Positions 14,401 to 28,676 of a stretch of 64,000 bases of DNA are shown here, piece after piece. A program made the position numbers and the translations under genes. Each line of letters starts with the position of its first letter. The first letter of the stretch is position 1. The notes under the pieces were generated by a model. The model was not told the DNA's origin. It saw only the letters and a list, made by a program, of their open reading frames with translations, and did no database searches. The stretch covers positions 75,330,001 through 75,394,000 of the forward strand of contig CM060732.1 of the NCBI GenBank assembly GCA_030704615.1, written 5' to 3'. This stretch comes from Takakia lepidozioides (taxonomy: Eukaryota; Plantae; Bryophyta).

Positions 14401-16819
14401 GGTTTAGTCAAGTCGGCAGTGCTCACAAGCTCACGATAGCGATGGATTTCAGCTGGAAACTCATTGATACAAAATTCGGCGAAAATGGGAAATAGGAACC
14501 GTAGTGCCTCATTCGTGGGCCCCATCTTGATCAGTAAAGCTCTCAGCTCTGGCGGCGCACGGCTTGTGAAAAATTTGCGAAAGCGTGAAACAGCAGTAGG
14601 AAAAAATTTTGAGTTGATGTACAGCGCCAATGCTTGGTCCGACACCCACCTGCACCAAATGTCTTCAGCTCATTAAATCCTCTATGGATTAAGGGATAAT
14701 CCACTAGTGTAGGAGGCAACTAACTAGCTCAGAACCATCTTTATAAATTATACATTTAAAAAAATTGTCTCCTGCTTTAGTTCACCTAATACCATCAAAC
14801 AGCCAAAGAGTGAGATATTTACCCTGATTCAGCCAAGCGGTGGAAGGTCCAACCGAGACGCCCCTTTTCAGAACTAGGTACACCACCTGGTTTGGCTTGT
14901 TGTAGCATCAAAAAGAGTCTCTGCGGATCAGCATACTCTGGTGGTACTGGGCACTTATTCCGCATGTCATTAATGTCCTCCAGAGCTGTCTTTCCTCTCA
15001 CTGCACGTTGTTTTGACCTAAGATCAACCTTTGGGAACTTCGGGGCTGGCAGGGATTTGACATTTTCCTTATCAAACTCTCCTTCAAGACATTCTTGACC
15101 ATGAAAGTCCTTGGGAACTTCAAATGGAGCGAATTGCAATTGTAGCTGTTCTCTACTAGGCTGGTCTGCATCATGTCCAGGTTTTGGAGAGGACGTGGCT
15201 TGAAGTGATTCCAACATTTCGGTTCTTTTGTCTACAGAAATCTCCTTTTGTGAAGATATTACCGGCTGAACCTCCAGCATAGAATCAAAGTGACTACTTT
15301 CTGAATTCAGGTTCATCCCTCCAAATTGATTTTCCAGGGTAGCTGAGCCTGATTCTCCTTTGTCCTTGCCCACTAGACCACCAAAGGTACCAGCATTTCG
15401 AATGGATTCAGGTTGCAGTTTGGATTCCATTTTGCTTTCGTCCAGGCTCAAATCTCCTATACATGGAATGCAAGGCTCTGCTGACACAACAGCCTGATCT
15501 GATTTGGAGCCCTTTCCAGATTTTCTTTTCTTAGGTTTCTCTGTTACCCTATCTTGCACAGCAACGCCCTCTCCCTCCACCATTTCCAAATTCTTCTTTG
15601 GAGGCCGCCCTCTCTTTTTAGCTTTGACTGTTGGCTGTCCTTCACCAGTTTCCACTCCTCCTGTAAGAATTGAAGTAAGTGCCCTGTAAAACAGTGGTAA
15701 TGCAAGTACCTGGATTCATACAACAGAAAGGAACATTCCAAAATGACAACAACTCAAACTTGACAAATCAAAGAGAAACATTTTGTATGACTTGTGATCC
15801 TTTTGATTTGTTGGGAAACCCAAATGTGTCACTTAAACCCTGCTGTTTGACCATGTACTTCATCAGTCACATGGGATACAAATATTACGCCATCACAGGC
15901 ACAGACTGATGAATCCTCAACGACACAAACTGGGTTGTGATGGCGGCCAAGGATATTATAAGGGGCCGGCGTTAGTGCACAACCGTAATAGAGCTTCGTA
16001 GCTGGTACCCAGTTTTTCTGCACTACAGGATAGATGCATTTAATGTCAGGGCTGCTGCAACCTCGACATTGTGCCCTCGCATTCTGGAATCGATAAGGAT
16101 TTACTAGTCAGAAAACCGCTCACAACCAATGTCGATCACCAAGACGACATTCACATGTCAACGGAACCTTTGGTATTCAACTAACCTTCAGCTTGGATTT
16201 CCAACGCCTCCTTCTTCTTGCGCCGCCGTTTGACGGTCTCGACAGGCTCCACTCGACCACTAACACTGGCACTTGAGCCGTCATCCCCACCTTGTCCTAT
16301 TTCTCTTGCTGCATCTACTTTCTCTACAGTTGCATCGCCCTTTGATGCACTTGAAAAGCCCCGCAGTCTTAGAAGCGTCGGTCTCCCGCTTCCTGCAGCA
16401 AAAGCAGCATAAAGAGGAAGCGCAGAGAGAGGCTGGCCAGCAAGGCTCCCATTCCATGGTCTCAATGGCAGGTTTCTTCCACCATAGATTGACGAGTCAC
16501 TGGGCGGTCCAATAGAAGAATGCCATACTGAAAGACGAGATTCAAAATCTGAAGTAAGAGATTCATCGCCAGAGGCAGCCGGCACTTGATGATGCTGAGA
16601 AATCCAATCAGCACCCAAGAAGAAAAAATTATGTCCTTCGATCAGCGATGGCTGCAAAAAACATGGTTTTAGCAGGTCGGTATTCAGAGTTGCCCCGTCG
16701 GAGCTGACACTTGAAGGTGCATGTCTGAGCAGATGCAATGAGGGGGCCAGACCAAGAGTGTCCTGCGCCAATGTGCGCCGCAACAAGCCCTTCAAAGCTG
16801 TGATCTGTGACTTCCCCAT
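5439..16819 (-). CDS. SUV3: SUV3-family organellar ATP-dependent RNA helicase (13 exons)
   Basis: Exons 16819-16186, 15660-14823, 14649-14392, 13972-13828, 13426-13274, 9591-9409, 9092-9009, 8635-8405, 7652-7494, 7155-7100, 6645-6585, 6190-5969, 5708-5439, all GT-AG with compatible phases. Motifs [52 protein letters not shown]. Confidence 0.93.
9675..13145 (+). mobile_element. Degenerate non-LTR retrotransposon (LINE) in SUV3 intron 5
   Basis: APE endonuclease motifs ([28 protein letters not shown]) at 10588-11090 and RT-region remnants ([16 protein letters not shown]) with stops and deletions. The 3' segment is duplicated and (CT)n flanks both sides. Confidence 0.75.
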
Positions 16820-18427
16820 GTCTCCTCCTTCCCTTCTCTCTCCTCAGATGAAAACTCAAAAATCAAACATACATCATGAGAGGACACCCATCACAAAATG
16901 CTGAGAGGTCTTAAGGAAGACCATGGGCACAGAAATCAAAACCCCGAGAAAAAACCATGGGCCAGTTATCCCCCACAAATGGGAACACATTGCACTTAGA
17001 GGAGAAGACTCAGGAGAAGAAAGGGGGCCAAATAAACAGAAAGAAGAGGAGGCGTGCTGCATTCTACAGGGGTCCAAAACCTCCCAAATTGTGTCCCACC
17101 CAAGGTGTCACAGTCCCATAACCCTAATTCATGTACCATTCCAGATAATCTACAAATCGGTTGCATTAGGTGTGGGTATTAGCAGGTTTACTATTTGTCA
17201 AAGATACTCCAGCGCCTGAGAACAGAGACTCAGTCCTCCTAACCTACCACCTAGACTAAGGTGATGCTTAGGAAATAGTGATGAAGTTTTCCATAGTGTC
17301 CTTGTGCAGTTTACCCTTAAGGATTTGGCTCAAACATGGGGAGACTACTCCTGCCAGTGGGTTTCGGATAGCAGCCATCAAGGTAAGTAGTCCACGTAAT
17401 GAGGGGTGAGTTGGTGTTCATAGGAATTTGTTGATGAAAAGAACCAACTACATTGCTAGAGGCTTTCCCCTGAACTCCCAAACCACAAGAGTGGGCACAC
17501 ACTAGTTGGGCTACTCCTTTGGTGGCTCTGTGGGCAGAGACTTTGCATCATGTTGAAGTCAATGGAGAAAATCTTGTCAACTGTCCTTACACCATGTCAA
17601 AGACTTGTGTTGTGCTGAGTCATGCCAATTAGGAAGTATTGACATGCTACAAACTGAGACATTACAATTTGTGTATAGTAAAAGAACATAAGATGTAGTA
17701 GAAACTACACTAACCACACCTCACTTTTGCTGCAATTCAACAGACGCTTTCACCATTTGCAGCTTGTTTTGTATCAACATCAGATGGGTCAGCTTGGGAA
17801 TGTGTGAAAATGGGACATTCTCATCACATTCAGATTTGCATTTTAGCATTCTGGCACATTCACTATCCACATAAGGTTGAGCACTCACTAGCCTCATATG
17901 GTTGAGGCCCACATTTATAACCATCCGAAAAAAAGTTTTTCCAACGGGAGTTCCGAACTCATCACATACCTCGACTGCTGTCAAAGATCAGTTCAACACA
18001 TCCGCATACCAATTCCAGACTGCACACTGAGAAGGGTGATTGTGGAAAGGAGTACATATGCAGTTGTATTCAAAGTTCTTCCCACTGGTGAAGCAGATGT
18101 GGAGTCTCCATAGGAGTCCCCATGAAGCATCCAGTACTCCATTAATCAGTTCACATTTCTTGTCAGCCGTCAACTAACATCGTCAAGATCGCAGGAAACT
18201 TAACAGACTTTCAAGCTCCCCATCGAAGATGGGTCCCAAAGAGTTACCGCATCTAGCATCAAACCTGGCTCATAAGTGCCAGCTGCACTTTCCTGATGAT
18301 GGCACCTCCCAGACTTAGGCAAGCCAAAGCTAAAAGTGCTTAGCCTCTAAATTATTTGGAGCCTGGTCATGGATTAGCCACATGGTCATATACATCTTGT
18401 AGTTTCAAGCCATACACAACCAACGTT

Positions 18428-21400
18428 TTATGACTTGAAAGCGGTTGTTGCATTCAGTTCTCCAGCCAACATACTTAATGTGTTTGCACCCACTTGGACA
18501 ACGGCATTTGGGGTCACTTCCTGACCCGAATGAGCATGTGTGAAGAGAATGAAGAGCACCCAGCCATGGAGTGCCAAAAGGTAGAACCCTGCAAGGCCTC
18601 GAGCTAAGACATGTGTTCTCAAAATTCGGGCACCCCCAAGAAACAACGTGTCTATTTGACGAATGACATGCATCAATGGATGGGATCCCGCATCATAACT
18701 CACAAAAGTATCAGAATCCAACCCCAGAAAAAAGGCTTTGTCTTTGGAGCTGTAAGGCTTGCTGAGCCCATACTCGAGGTCATCGTTATAAAGAGACCAG
18801 TCAGATTCCTCTGCAAAGCCTTTGTTGCGTTTGCTTGCACGTGACCGTGCTGCCGACTTCTCCTCTCTCAGAGTGTTTGACACAGCCTGTCCACATGATA
18901 AGTTTGAAGCTTGTGTGTAAGCAGGACAAGAATAACATGTACAAATTTTCACATCCATTCAAGTTCTATGCAGGGATCTACAGATGCTGATCTACCTTTC
19001 ACCATTTACTCATCCATGCTCTAAACTTTTTAAAGTGAAGAGTTGCAACTTACACTCTCCAATGCATCCAAGCACTTAGCAATGTGCTAAGAAGTTACGC
19101 CTGAGGAACAGAGGTGCACGAAAGCAAATTTTAAATTCACTATGAAGGAAGTAGGCTTAAGACTATTCTCTTTGATCAAAGTGCTCACCTCAAGACGAAA
19201 ATGAAGAGTGGCCTTCTCTGTTGACAATGCTTCAACCTGCATAACAACAGGAACCAGGCAAACATGAAAGAAGAGACCAGATATCTGCACTTGTGTATGA
19301 GTCAAACGGGCATCAGCCTGAATGACCAGACATGCTCATACATGGATATGATAGCCGCTGTAGGTGATCCTGGGTTCAAACCAAATAATTTAATAATGAT
19401 TACACCATGTCCTTCACATGGCAGCAAGAGGGAGTAATGAGCTTGTGAAATGAGGTACATACAAGCTTCTGAGCATTTGAGAGGAATGGGCCACCAAATC
19501 ACTGCTGTCACACTGCGACTAATCAAAGTCTTCACCTCCTGAACGTAGGCAGTCACCTTATGGGCTTATGAGGTATGTCAGGTCTGAACAGTGTTGCTCT
19601 CCTACAATAGATAGAATATGGTGTCCTAGTGTACCAGTCCTATGGAGAGTGTAGATGTGGGGGGGGAAATGCATGATACCTGTGCCTGCTTCTGAATCAA
19701 GTGGTCAGTAAGTTGGTTGAGCCGAGTTTCCAGCTCCAGTTCCATTGCTGATGGGGTGATATGCGCCTCACTCGCCAACGCTATCTTCTCTTCCAGCTCC
19801 CTTGCCTATTTCCCAACCCCAAACATCAAACAGGTTAGCACACCAGCTCTGTCAATATATGGTCCTCTATTAATGCATGAATGTCTAGTCTCTCATGGAT
19901 CTTGTACTTTTGTGGAGTGGCTGAGGAACCACAATCTGCCAGTACTCCTGCACAGGTGTTTCAAGACATGTAGCCACAACATCCATCTTAGATTGAAGGG
20001 CTTCAGACATTTTTACCTTCATCTGGCACTGCTCAAGACTTGTACGAAGCTCCAGTTGCTGTTGTTGAAAGGAATCACGTTCAAGTTTATCATGCTGGGC
20101 TGACTCTGCCTGAAATCCAGTATGCATTACCAGGATCAGCCTGTAATGGTGCCACACAACTACCACATCATTCATGCTTAATAAATAACTAGCCCATGTT
20201 AGTGTATGCTTTGGTGGACATAAATCCATGATCTTATAAAATGTGGCATGTGAGCACTGCAAAGTAATACCTGAGACTGCAAAGGTTGCCTCAGTGCAAA
20301 ATGGAGGCTTGCGATTCTACGTTCCAAATCTGCAGAACATCATCGCCAAAGACAAATTGAGTCTCTCCGTTGCACTGGCACTTCCCCATTTGATTCACCC
20401 TCTTTCTTCGATCCTAAACAGCACAAGACTGGGACTACGGTTTAATGAGTAGGTGAATTAGAACTGGTTTTCTACTTCCAAGATTACAGACAAAGTTGGC
20501 TACTGCCAGAATCATGAACTACAGAAAATATTTAATCAACGCAAAATCCCTAAAAAGTCGAAGAAAAGAGAACTTCCAAAGCTAACATCACATACTGCAG
20601 AAGCAACAAAGGCACCACAGTTTGAGCTGAATGCCTATAACACTATAGAAATAGGTTTGGTACTCGGACATTCTCACCGTCTTTGTACTTCCAAGTGCTA
20701 TTGATATAGAGCAGCTCCACTTTAAACTAATATCCAGCATGCTCAACATAGTGCTCCAACAGCCCACCTATAATAAACCTACCCTCCATCTCTTTCATTT
20801 GTGAGCTAGAAGATGTCCCTAAATCCGATTGGGCATTTAAAAGCTCCAAGGGTTAGCAGCTTGATAATGGTTACCTGACCGGGCAACTTCCATGGCTTCC
20901 ACTTGACTGCGACCTTCAGCCACTAGCATCATCTGCTCCAGGCATACAAGAACACATATTAGCCACGTATCCTTTCTCATTAGTTACACCTGGCAACAGC
21001 AATTATCTCATTTTAGTTAAGAACATAGGATTACATTGGAGTGAATCTTCAGAAGGGAAAACACAAATTGGTCCAAAGGTAAAAAAGGTGGACCCCTGCC
21101 GAAAAGACCATATCCTTGTAAATATCGAGATATCTCCAAACTTACAATTGAAGGTAGCCAGAAAAGAAGTACTGAGAAGATCTAATCTACAGTTAGAGGG
21201 ATTTTCAGAAGAGAAAACCAGAAACAAACAGTCAAGAAAAGAAAAACAGAGAAGCAAAAAGAAGCAAGGACAAAATACACACAGATACAAACAAAACGAA
21301 CGTGGATTCATCTTGAACCGGTAAACAGAGAAATGTGGTATGCAGTTGGTGACGTCTCTCACCAATCCATGGACCAAGAAGAAGCTCGAAAAGAAATGTA

Positions 21401-24400
21401 AAGAATTTCAAACAAAAAGTCCTTTGTATTTTATGTGGCCTTATTTTGGGGATTATCGCGCCGCATTGCACGAGTGGCGCTTACAGAGCCTAAGCACCTT
21501 GCGCCTGTGGCTTACAGAGCATAACGCACCTTGCCAGGCTGGCAAGGTGCTTACAATATGTAACCTCATTCCTTTTTAAAATTCTTTATGCTGGGTAAAG
21601 AACCGCGGAGCGGTGCTTCACTGGTACTCACCCCAAACCCTCAGGCTCCGTCCTCGTGGCAAGGGGCTCATACCTGTGAAGCATCTTGCCCTGGTTCTTT
21701 ACCCTACACAAAAGCTGTGCAGTACCATAATCAAGATTTGGCAACACACCTCATCCTCGAGATTGCGTTCAGCAGCAGCAAGTGCTTTGGCTAGCTCTGC
21801 ATTATCGGCCTGTAATCAGAACACAACAGAAGCTCACTCAACCTCCCGCTACACAAAGACAATGGAGAAACTATAAAGGAAGATATGAGCAACATATCAG
21901 TTTTCTTATATACTCTGCTTGGATATGCCTTCATGCTCTTAAGCTTTCTCCACCCCGCCTGCCCCCGGGCAGCAAAAGCACAAGCATTATTAAAAACAGA
22001 ATTGAGTCAGTGGCGCCAAATCTTGCTCTAGATTGCTTTTTTGGGTTCTCTCTGCCTACACACCAGTGCATAATCATTTACCCGAAGCTCCTTTAGCAGC
22101 ACCTACACCATCTCTAATCTCAATTGCAAAACACAGTCTAAGATAGCAGCAGTTAATATATTCCTTCACATCCTGATGGATGAATCAATTTCATAAACTT
22201 GCCCATTGTCTGCTCCTGGTCCCTAAATGGGATCAAAGTGTGCCTTCAACAAAGGCTCAAAAAGCCTAGTATTAACGAGTGTGGCATTAGATAGCTGAAA
22301 GGAGAAAGGGAACAGCCCACCTCCAGCTGCGCTTCATGGGCAAGTGCCTCCCGACGGGTGATGCTGTGCTGTTGCTTTTCCATTTCCACTGCTTGCGTTA
22401 CCTCTGTCATTTTCATGCGTAGGTCCATTGCCTGTATCCACAAAGAAATTAGACTTTAAACAAATTGATCACGATAAGGAGGAAATGAATCGTGACAATC
22501 CATGCAAACGGCATCCCGAGAGGCCTATGTGCATTTTAATAAAGAGCAGTACCAAAACACCAAACATGCTCTGCACTCTCTCACGTCCTCTCTGACCAAG
22601 TTGGGCACCGAGTCTATGGCCATAAGCCAAATCCAATGACCTATCTTGCTATCAATTAGAAGTCAATAAGAAAATTTAGATGGAGATATTATCTCCTTGT
22701 CTTGTTAGCTTTGGAAGGAGATCAGCTGCAAGAGATGTTGAGCTGTTGAGCTCAGAAGTCATACATAGAGAATAGCTGAAACATATTATTGTAAAACTAA
22801 CCAGTGTTAAGGTAACAACAGCAAAGTTGTAGGATAAATATGTCTGAACACCATTCCTTCTAAGCCTTGACAGTGGTCAGCTGTCTTTGACATTGCATAC
22901 TCTTCAGGTACCATTGCAATGCTGAGCATGTATGAAGTAATGCTCATATGAGGAGTCACGGTGTAGGAAGCTAGCGACAACTTCCGCCCATTTGTGGTAA
23001 CTTAGTGCCAACCAGTATTTTCCTCCTCGCAAGCTTACATACCAACAGAGGAATTCCAGCATCATACTGCAGCTGTGAAAGTTCTGTGAACTCATGCAGA
23101 GTGCTTACTTCTCTGGCCTGTTTTTCCTCACTTTCAGCTAGGAGCCGCTCTAAGGTCTCCTTCTCCTTCTCCAACCTTGCCACAAACTCTTCCCGCTCTC
23201 TTATGGCTGCCCGTGCTGCCTCAGCTGCTGCAGCTGCTGCTGCCTTCCGCTCTGCTAAATATCTTTTCTTTTCTCGTTTGCATCTCACCCTCTCTTCATA
23301 CTCTGCAGAAAGACAATATTTAGAGAAGTCATCTACTGAGGAGCACAAATGAATTTTTAAGACGAGTACTCCTGGGTTCTATGCAGAAGCTTGAGGCCAC
23401 ATCTGGAGGCCCCAAGGCCAAATCCCAAGCAATAGGTCAACTTTCCACCGATCCTCCACTGGAAGAAATCCTTTTCATTTCCAACATGGCAAATGCCAGA
23501 AGATAAATGTCTCAAGGAGATTCACTTATTCCAAAGTAAGTAACTATAAGTACAGCTTTTGCGAGGGACAGAAGAGCGACCCAGAAAATTTGAGTAAAGG
23601 GAGAACAGTGGTCATATGATAGATTTCCAAACTGATCTCAAGTTTGGTGTGTACAGAGGAAGTCCTCACCTGAATCAGACTCACTGTCATTACTACTCCT
23701 TGAGCTTTCCTCACCGCTTTCAGAGATGCTTGAGCCCTCTCCAATTCCTTCAATAGAGATGTCCCTGTCACCTCCTTCATCCCCTGCGTCTCCCACTATC
23801 CGAACAAAAGTTGTGGAGGTCAAAGCCATTGGGATTTCTGTCCCCATGCCTCGAGTGTGAGCTTCAATCCCTTCCTCCTTGGAATCTGCAGACCCACTAG
23901 TTCCCTCGACAACACCCTCTTCTGCTATGGAATCATGTGCCAAACTCAAATCCAGAAAACCATCCTGTCCCTCTGTATCCTCTGTTTGCCCAGTACCCTG
24001 AATGTGTGCTGAATGAATCAGTTCAATTGCTTGCTCTTCAGAACAAGCCATCTCAGAGTGTTTAGTAGGCACTTGCATATCATGACCAAGCATTGGGTCG
24101 ACAGCATTTTCCCCTGCAATCATCACTTTACACTGGACTGCATCACTGGCTTCTTCAGCCTTCTCCACAAACCCCTTCTCTAATCCCTCCACTGCCCCTA
24201 TTTCTTTGAGCTCTGCATGTCCATTATCGCCAATGACATGACCATTCTCTATGGCATTTGCAGGATTAGGCATACAGCTAGCCTGCACAAGCAATCCTGC
24301 CGACAGCCCAACAGGCCCCCCATCAACCTTTACCGCACTGGCATAAGTATGAGAAACTGCATCCTCCAATCCGTGCTCTCTTGAGTCATGCTTCCTAGCC

Positions 24401-25986
24401 CCTTCAACATCTGACACACCAAACTCCAAGCGCCGAGGTAATCTCTCATCCTCTATTATTAAGGAACCTGTGGAAAGCTCCGAAGCTGACACGGAATCAA
24501 CACTGTAACTAATGGAGGGCTTTGTCCTGGAAGCTTGCACAGAAAGTGGGCGGACAGCAGTAAGCCCAGCAGAGAGGCTCCTTGAGGCTGGTGTGATTGT
24601 GTTGTTTGGTTGCACATCTGCCCCACCCTTGCCTGGATTGTTCAATTTGTGGCAAGGTTAGATACCTGAATTGAATTGCAGACCATTGAATTCACTTCAG
24701 CAATCATGAATATGATAGTATTTTCACGGCAGAGTATTGCACTGTAAACGGAGTGACACAAGAAAGTGATCACAAGCAAAGGGGATAGTGCACCTGTGTA
24801 GTGTGGGGTTCGTGATGCAATGCTTCTGAGGGCACTATGGGTCTGGCCATAGTCAGAGCTACCTACGCTGCTTACAGAGCGGGCAGCCGACACAGGCGTT
24901 GCAAGATCTGAAGACCCCAAAAGTTCAGTCCAATCCTGTTTTCCAAAGTCACCAGGGTCATGTGGATGAGGGGCTGTTGGAGCCATCTTGGAAACTCCTG
25001 GAACATCTTCTGACAGGGTGTGAGTAGGACTCGACCTTCTTATCCCTGAACTCTGCTGCTGATGCCAGCTTTTTCCAGGTTGGGGTAGTCTGTTCAAAGC
25101 TTCAGGCGTTTTCTTCCATGAAATTTCAACACCATTATCAAACTGGCTGCCCACGGCATCCAGATGCTGGTGCTCTTGCTTCCGTAGTGAGCCAGCAGCT
25201 TGCTCGTCGATCTGCCACCAGACCCAATGCACATCCAATTGATGTTAGGTACATTCAGCACTTGCATTGGTTGTGGGAACCTGTCTCCAGGTAGCAAGCA
25301 GCAGAATCTGAAAAGCATCTTAACTTGGCAGACAGTTTCAATCTCTCTCTGCGCTGGTCCCTACTTCATACAGATTAAGTTTGATTTCTCCCTGTTACAT
25401 TGTGCTCCACAGGAGTGTGCAGGTGTGGTCATTCATGATCTGTAGAAACAGCACAGCTCGTCCTCTGACTAGATCTTGGTTGACTTCTAACCTTTGGTCA
25501 GAATTGAGCCAAAAGCAACTCAACCCGAAACACCTGACCAATTGAATATATACACAACTTCCGATAATTCGAATCCAATTGGTGGCCTCTCCCCTTGAAA
25601 CCCTCCAATTACAGTGTCACATTTCAGTAATCTGCAGTCTAGTGATGTCCGCTGTCTCTTTGAATCTTCCGTGATATGGGTATGTCGGTATTGACGACCA
25701 TAAGGATACGCAGCCAGGAAAACGAACATTCTTGCACTGCGTCCCACATCTAAGTACTAGATGCAAGTGAAACCGCATTCAGTTTCTTACAAAAGACAAC
25801 TTCTTTCCGGATTGTGTTTCATCATTGAAATAACGACTAAAAATTGAGATCACACACAAAGAACAGATTTGATTGCTTCTCGACAATTCCAACAGTAAGC
25901 CCAGATATATCAAGACAGTGGGAGGAAAGAACCTGTTGCAAAAGCTTCTCAGCCGCTTTGAGTTTGGAGGAAAGCCATCCCGCCAT
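18428..25986 (-). CDS. GC2: Golgin candidate 2-like coiled-coil Golgi protein (multi-exon)
   Basis: Exon 25986-25933 MAGWLSSKLKAAEKLLQQ joins IDEQAAGSLRK (from 25211), the conserved GC1/GC2 N-terminus. Coiled-coil exons follow (e.g. 23302-23109, 22428-22321, ~19804-19680, VEALSTEKATLHFRLE), then a C-terminal TM segment (LAGFYLLALHGWVLFILF) and stop at 18428. Internal exon limits are approximate. Confidence 0.8.
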
Positions 25987-26447
25987 CTTCCTTGTCTTCC
26001 TCAATGTCCGTAGCACCAGTGCCCCTCCCTTTCACATCCGGCCGATCTCTTGGGCAATGGCGCTGGCGATGGGGACACCAGCGAGGGCAAGCGACACGAG
26101 GAAGAAGCATAGATGAATGTGATTCACCATAGATGGATGTCTTCTGTACATCACTGTCGTCTCTCTCCATTCTGTGTGCTGCTGGGCACTCTTCCTCTCT
26201 CTCTCAGGAGGTCATATGAGAGATTTTTAGTCTAGCTAGAAACCCCTCTTCATTAAGTCCTAGAATGGGCAGAGGGTCAATGTGGGAGTTTCCTGCGTTT
26301 TCACTGAGTTTCCAGCTCTTGGTATGCTGAGCAGGAGCAAGTTTCTACAGGAGATAAGTGGAAGAAACTGCAAAAGGGATATCTTGGGCTTTGGAGCCTC
26401 TAGGAACTGCATAGCAAGAGCTGCGCAGATTTCTTCTTGCAGTTAGC

Positions 26448-26845
26448 AGGAGATATTGAGGTTGGCAACAGGGTGCACACCTTTGTTGTAGATGACAAAT
26501 TGCATCCCAAAATTAAGGAAATCCATGCTGAGCTGAGAAGATTGTGTGGGGAGATGAAGGAGGCAGGGTATGTGCCTGACACACGCTTTGTATTGCATGA
26601 TGTGGGAGAGGAGCAAAATGAATTTTCTCTTTGCCACCAGTGAGAAGCTGGCCATTGGGTTTGGGCTGATCAGCACGGCCCCTAGGACGCCTCTCCGTCT
26701 GATCAAGAATCTTCGTGTGTGTGGTGACTGCCACAGCTCCACCAAGTTCATCTCAAAGATTGTTGGCCGAGCAATTATTGTACGGGATGCTAACCGCTTT
26801 CACCACTTTGAAGATGGGGTCTGTTCTTCTGAGGATTACTGGTGA
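26448..26845 (+). pseudogene. Isolated E+/DYW domain fragment of a PLS-PPR editing factor
   Basis: IEVGNRVHTFVVDD...[13 protein letters not shown], a frameshift at ~26638 in the HSEKLA motif, then [10 protein letters not shown]...[16 protein letters not shown]. No upstream PPR tract. Closely similar to 40587-40978. Confidence 0.85.
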
Positions 26846-28676
26846 AACAATGTTTCTCTCAAAAGGAGCAAGTGTCTTGCTTCATTCATTGATCTGTGTA
26901 GCAACTCAGTTCATCCACCATTGCCTGACCATGATGTACTGTTGAGGGCATTTCCTGTGGCATGTCCACAGGAAATGATGGTGGGGTCTACCCAGCATAG
27001 GTGGGAAGTCACCCCATAATTGCACTTTACTGGAGCAGGTTATGAGTGAAGGGGGTTTTTGACCCACTCGGGTGATGGTGGAAGGAAATCAGTAAACGTT
27101 GGATATCCCAAATTTGGACCCAAAAACTTCTGGGCAAAGCTCTTGTTCCATCATGTCGGTTCAATTAATATCGATAAAACTACACCAAACTAAGGGATAT
27201 GTGGAGAGTGAGAGGAAGCTCGCTTGACTGCTCCTTGGCTGTGAGGGCATTGTCATCACAAGAACCACTAATGTTGGGCGCACCAAAAAGAGACAGGTTT
27301 TTCCTGCGTAGTTTTCCTATGTAGTGAGTTGTGGTGTGATGCTCAACTCTTGCACTAAGGGTGGGATTCTCCTTTCCTCATTAAGTTTTTGGTGGAAAGT
27401 AGCATGCAGATAGGATCAACAGGTCAAGAACTCTAGGATTCTCAATTCATCGCGCCCCTGTCACCCAAAATACTATCCCATCCCTAGAATACACCTTAAA
27501 AGTCTCTTCGTGCAGCAGATGTGACAGACTACTTTGACAAAAGACCTTTCGTTTCTCCTTGAAGGAAGCCAGCCTAATGATGGGTGTGGAGGTCCAAGGG
27601 GCCACCTCTATTGCCCACAATACCGTAGGCATGGACTCTGTGAAGCAACAAGATTGTCTAATAAAAAGTATTTGTGCAGCTTTAGTCATTACATTGCACA
27701 TAAATCAAGCAACTAAAGCTGACAGTACCTCCTCAGCTATGGCATCGAATAGAGTAACATAGATGCTGCATTCATTGATTCCGCTCCTGCGCTGGTATCT
27801 TTGGTCAAGATCCTCGGTGTGCACAATCCCTCTTTGAACTCAAAATTCTAGGCTCGAACTCAGTTCCAGCGAATAATAGCACCAGTGACAAAAAGCTACA
27901 TGCTTTGAAGACAGCTCCGAGTTAGTAGGCTTCCCTCCAGCGCCTTAAGAGCTGCAACCAGCACTGGTGTTGAAATGTGTCTGCAAACTGAGCAACCTCT
28001 TTTCCATCCCTTGCTTCCATGTGACACCTGCTATCTCTTCCTACAATGGAGGGTAGCTGCCATACATATGACAGAGTACACACTGCATTGCCATGGGAGG
28101 GGGGGCAATAGCATACGCAGACGTGACAATTCATAACGTTGAACACCGGCCAAGAAATGATGACTTACAAGAGCAGCATTGAAGGAAGCCAACTCTGATA
28201 CCAGGGACCCTGCTTGCATCGCCTGTCCAGCTGACTGCATCATGCTCCCAACAGTCAGCGCCCAGGCTCCATTGGATCTATGCAGCTTCCCACGAACTAT
28301 TTAACTTAAACACAAACGAACACACTTCTGTGACCTCCGTGCAGAGCAAGTGATGAAGTGTCCGACCCGCCTGTGTATCCAGCTTCCTCTCCCTCCCGAT
28401 ATCACGCGCACATTTTCAGGGTTTCTATGTACAAACTACAAACCACAAAAATAGGAAACAATATACAAAGCACGGCTGGAAATAGTAAAAGGGAAGTGAG
28501 GTTAGCAAAGAAGGTTGAAGTACCAGAATAGCAAAAGCAAGAGCGAGACTTTTGATAGCAAGTCGGACTCATGGGTTTTCTCAACGTCGTCTTTCTATCC
28601 CTTCTCTTCTCTTTCCCCCAAGCTCCGTGTTAGGATCACAAGAACACAATTGGAGAGGTTTTGTCTCCTCCGCAAT

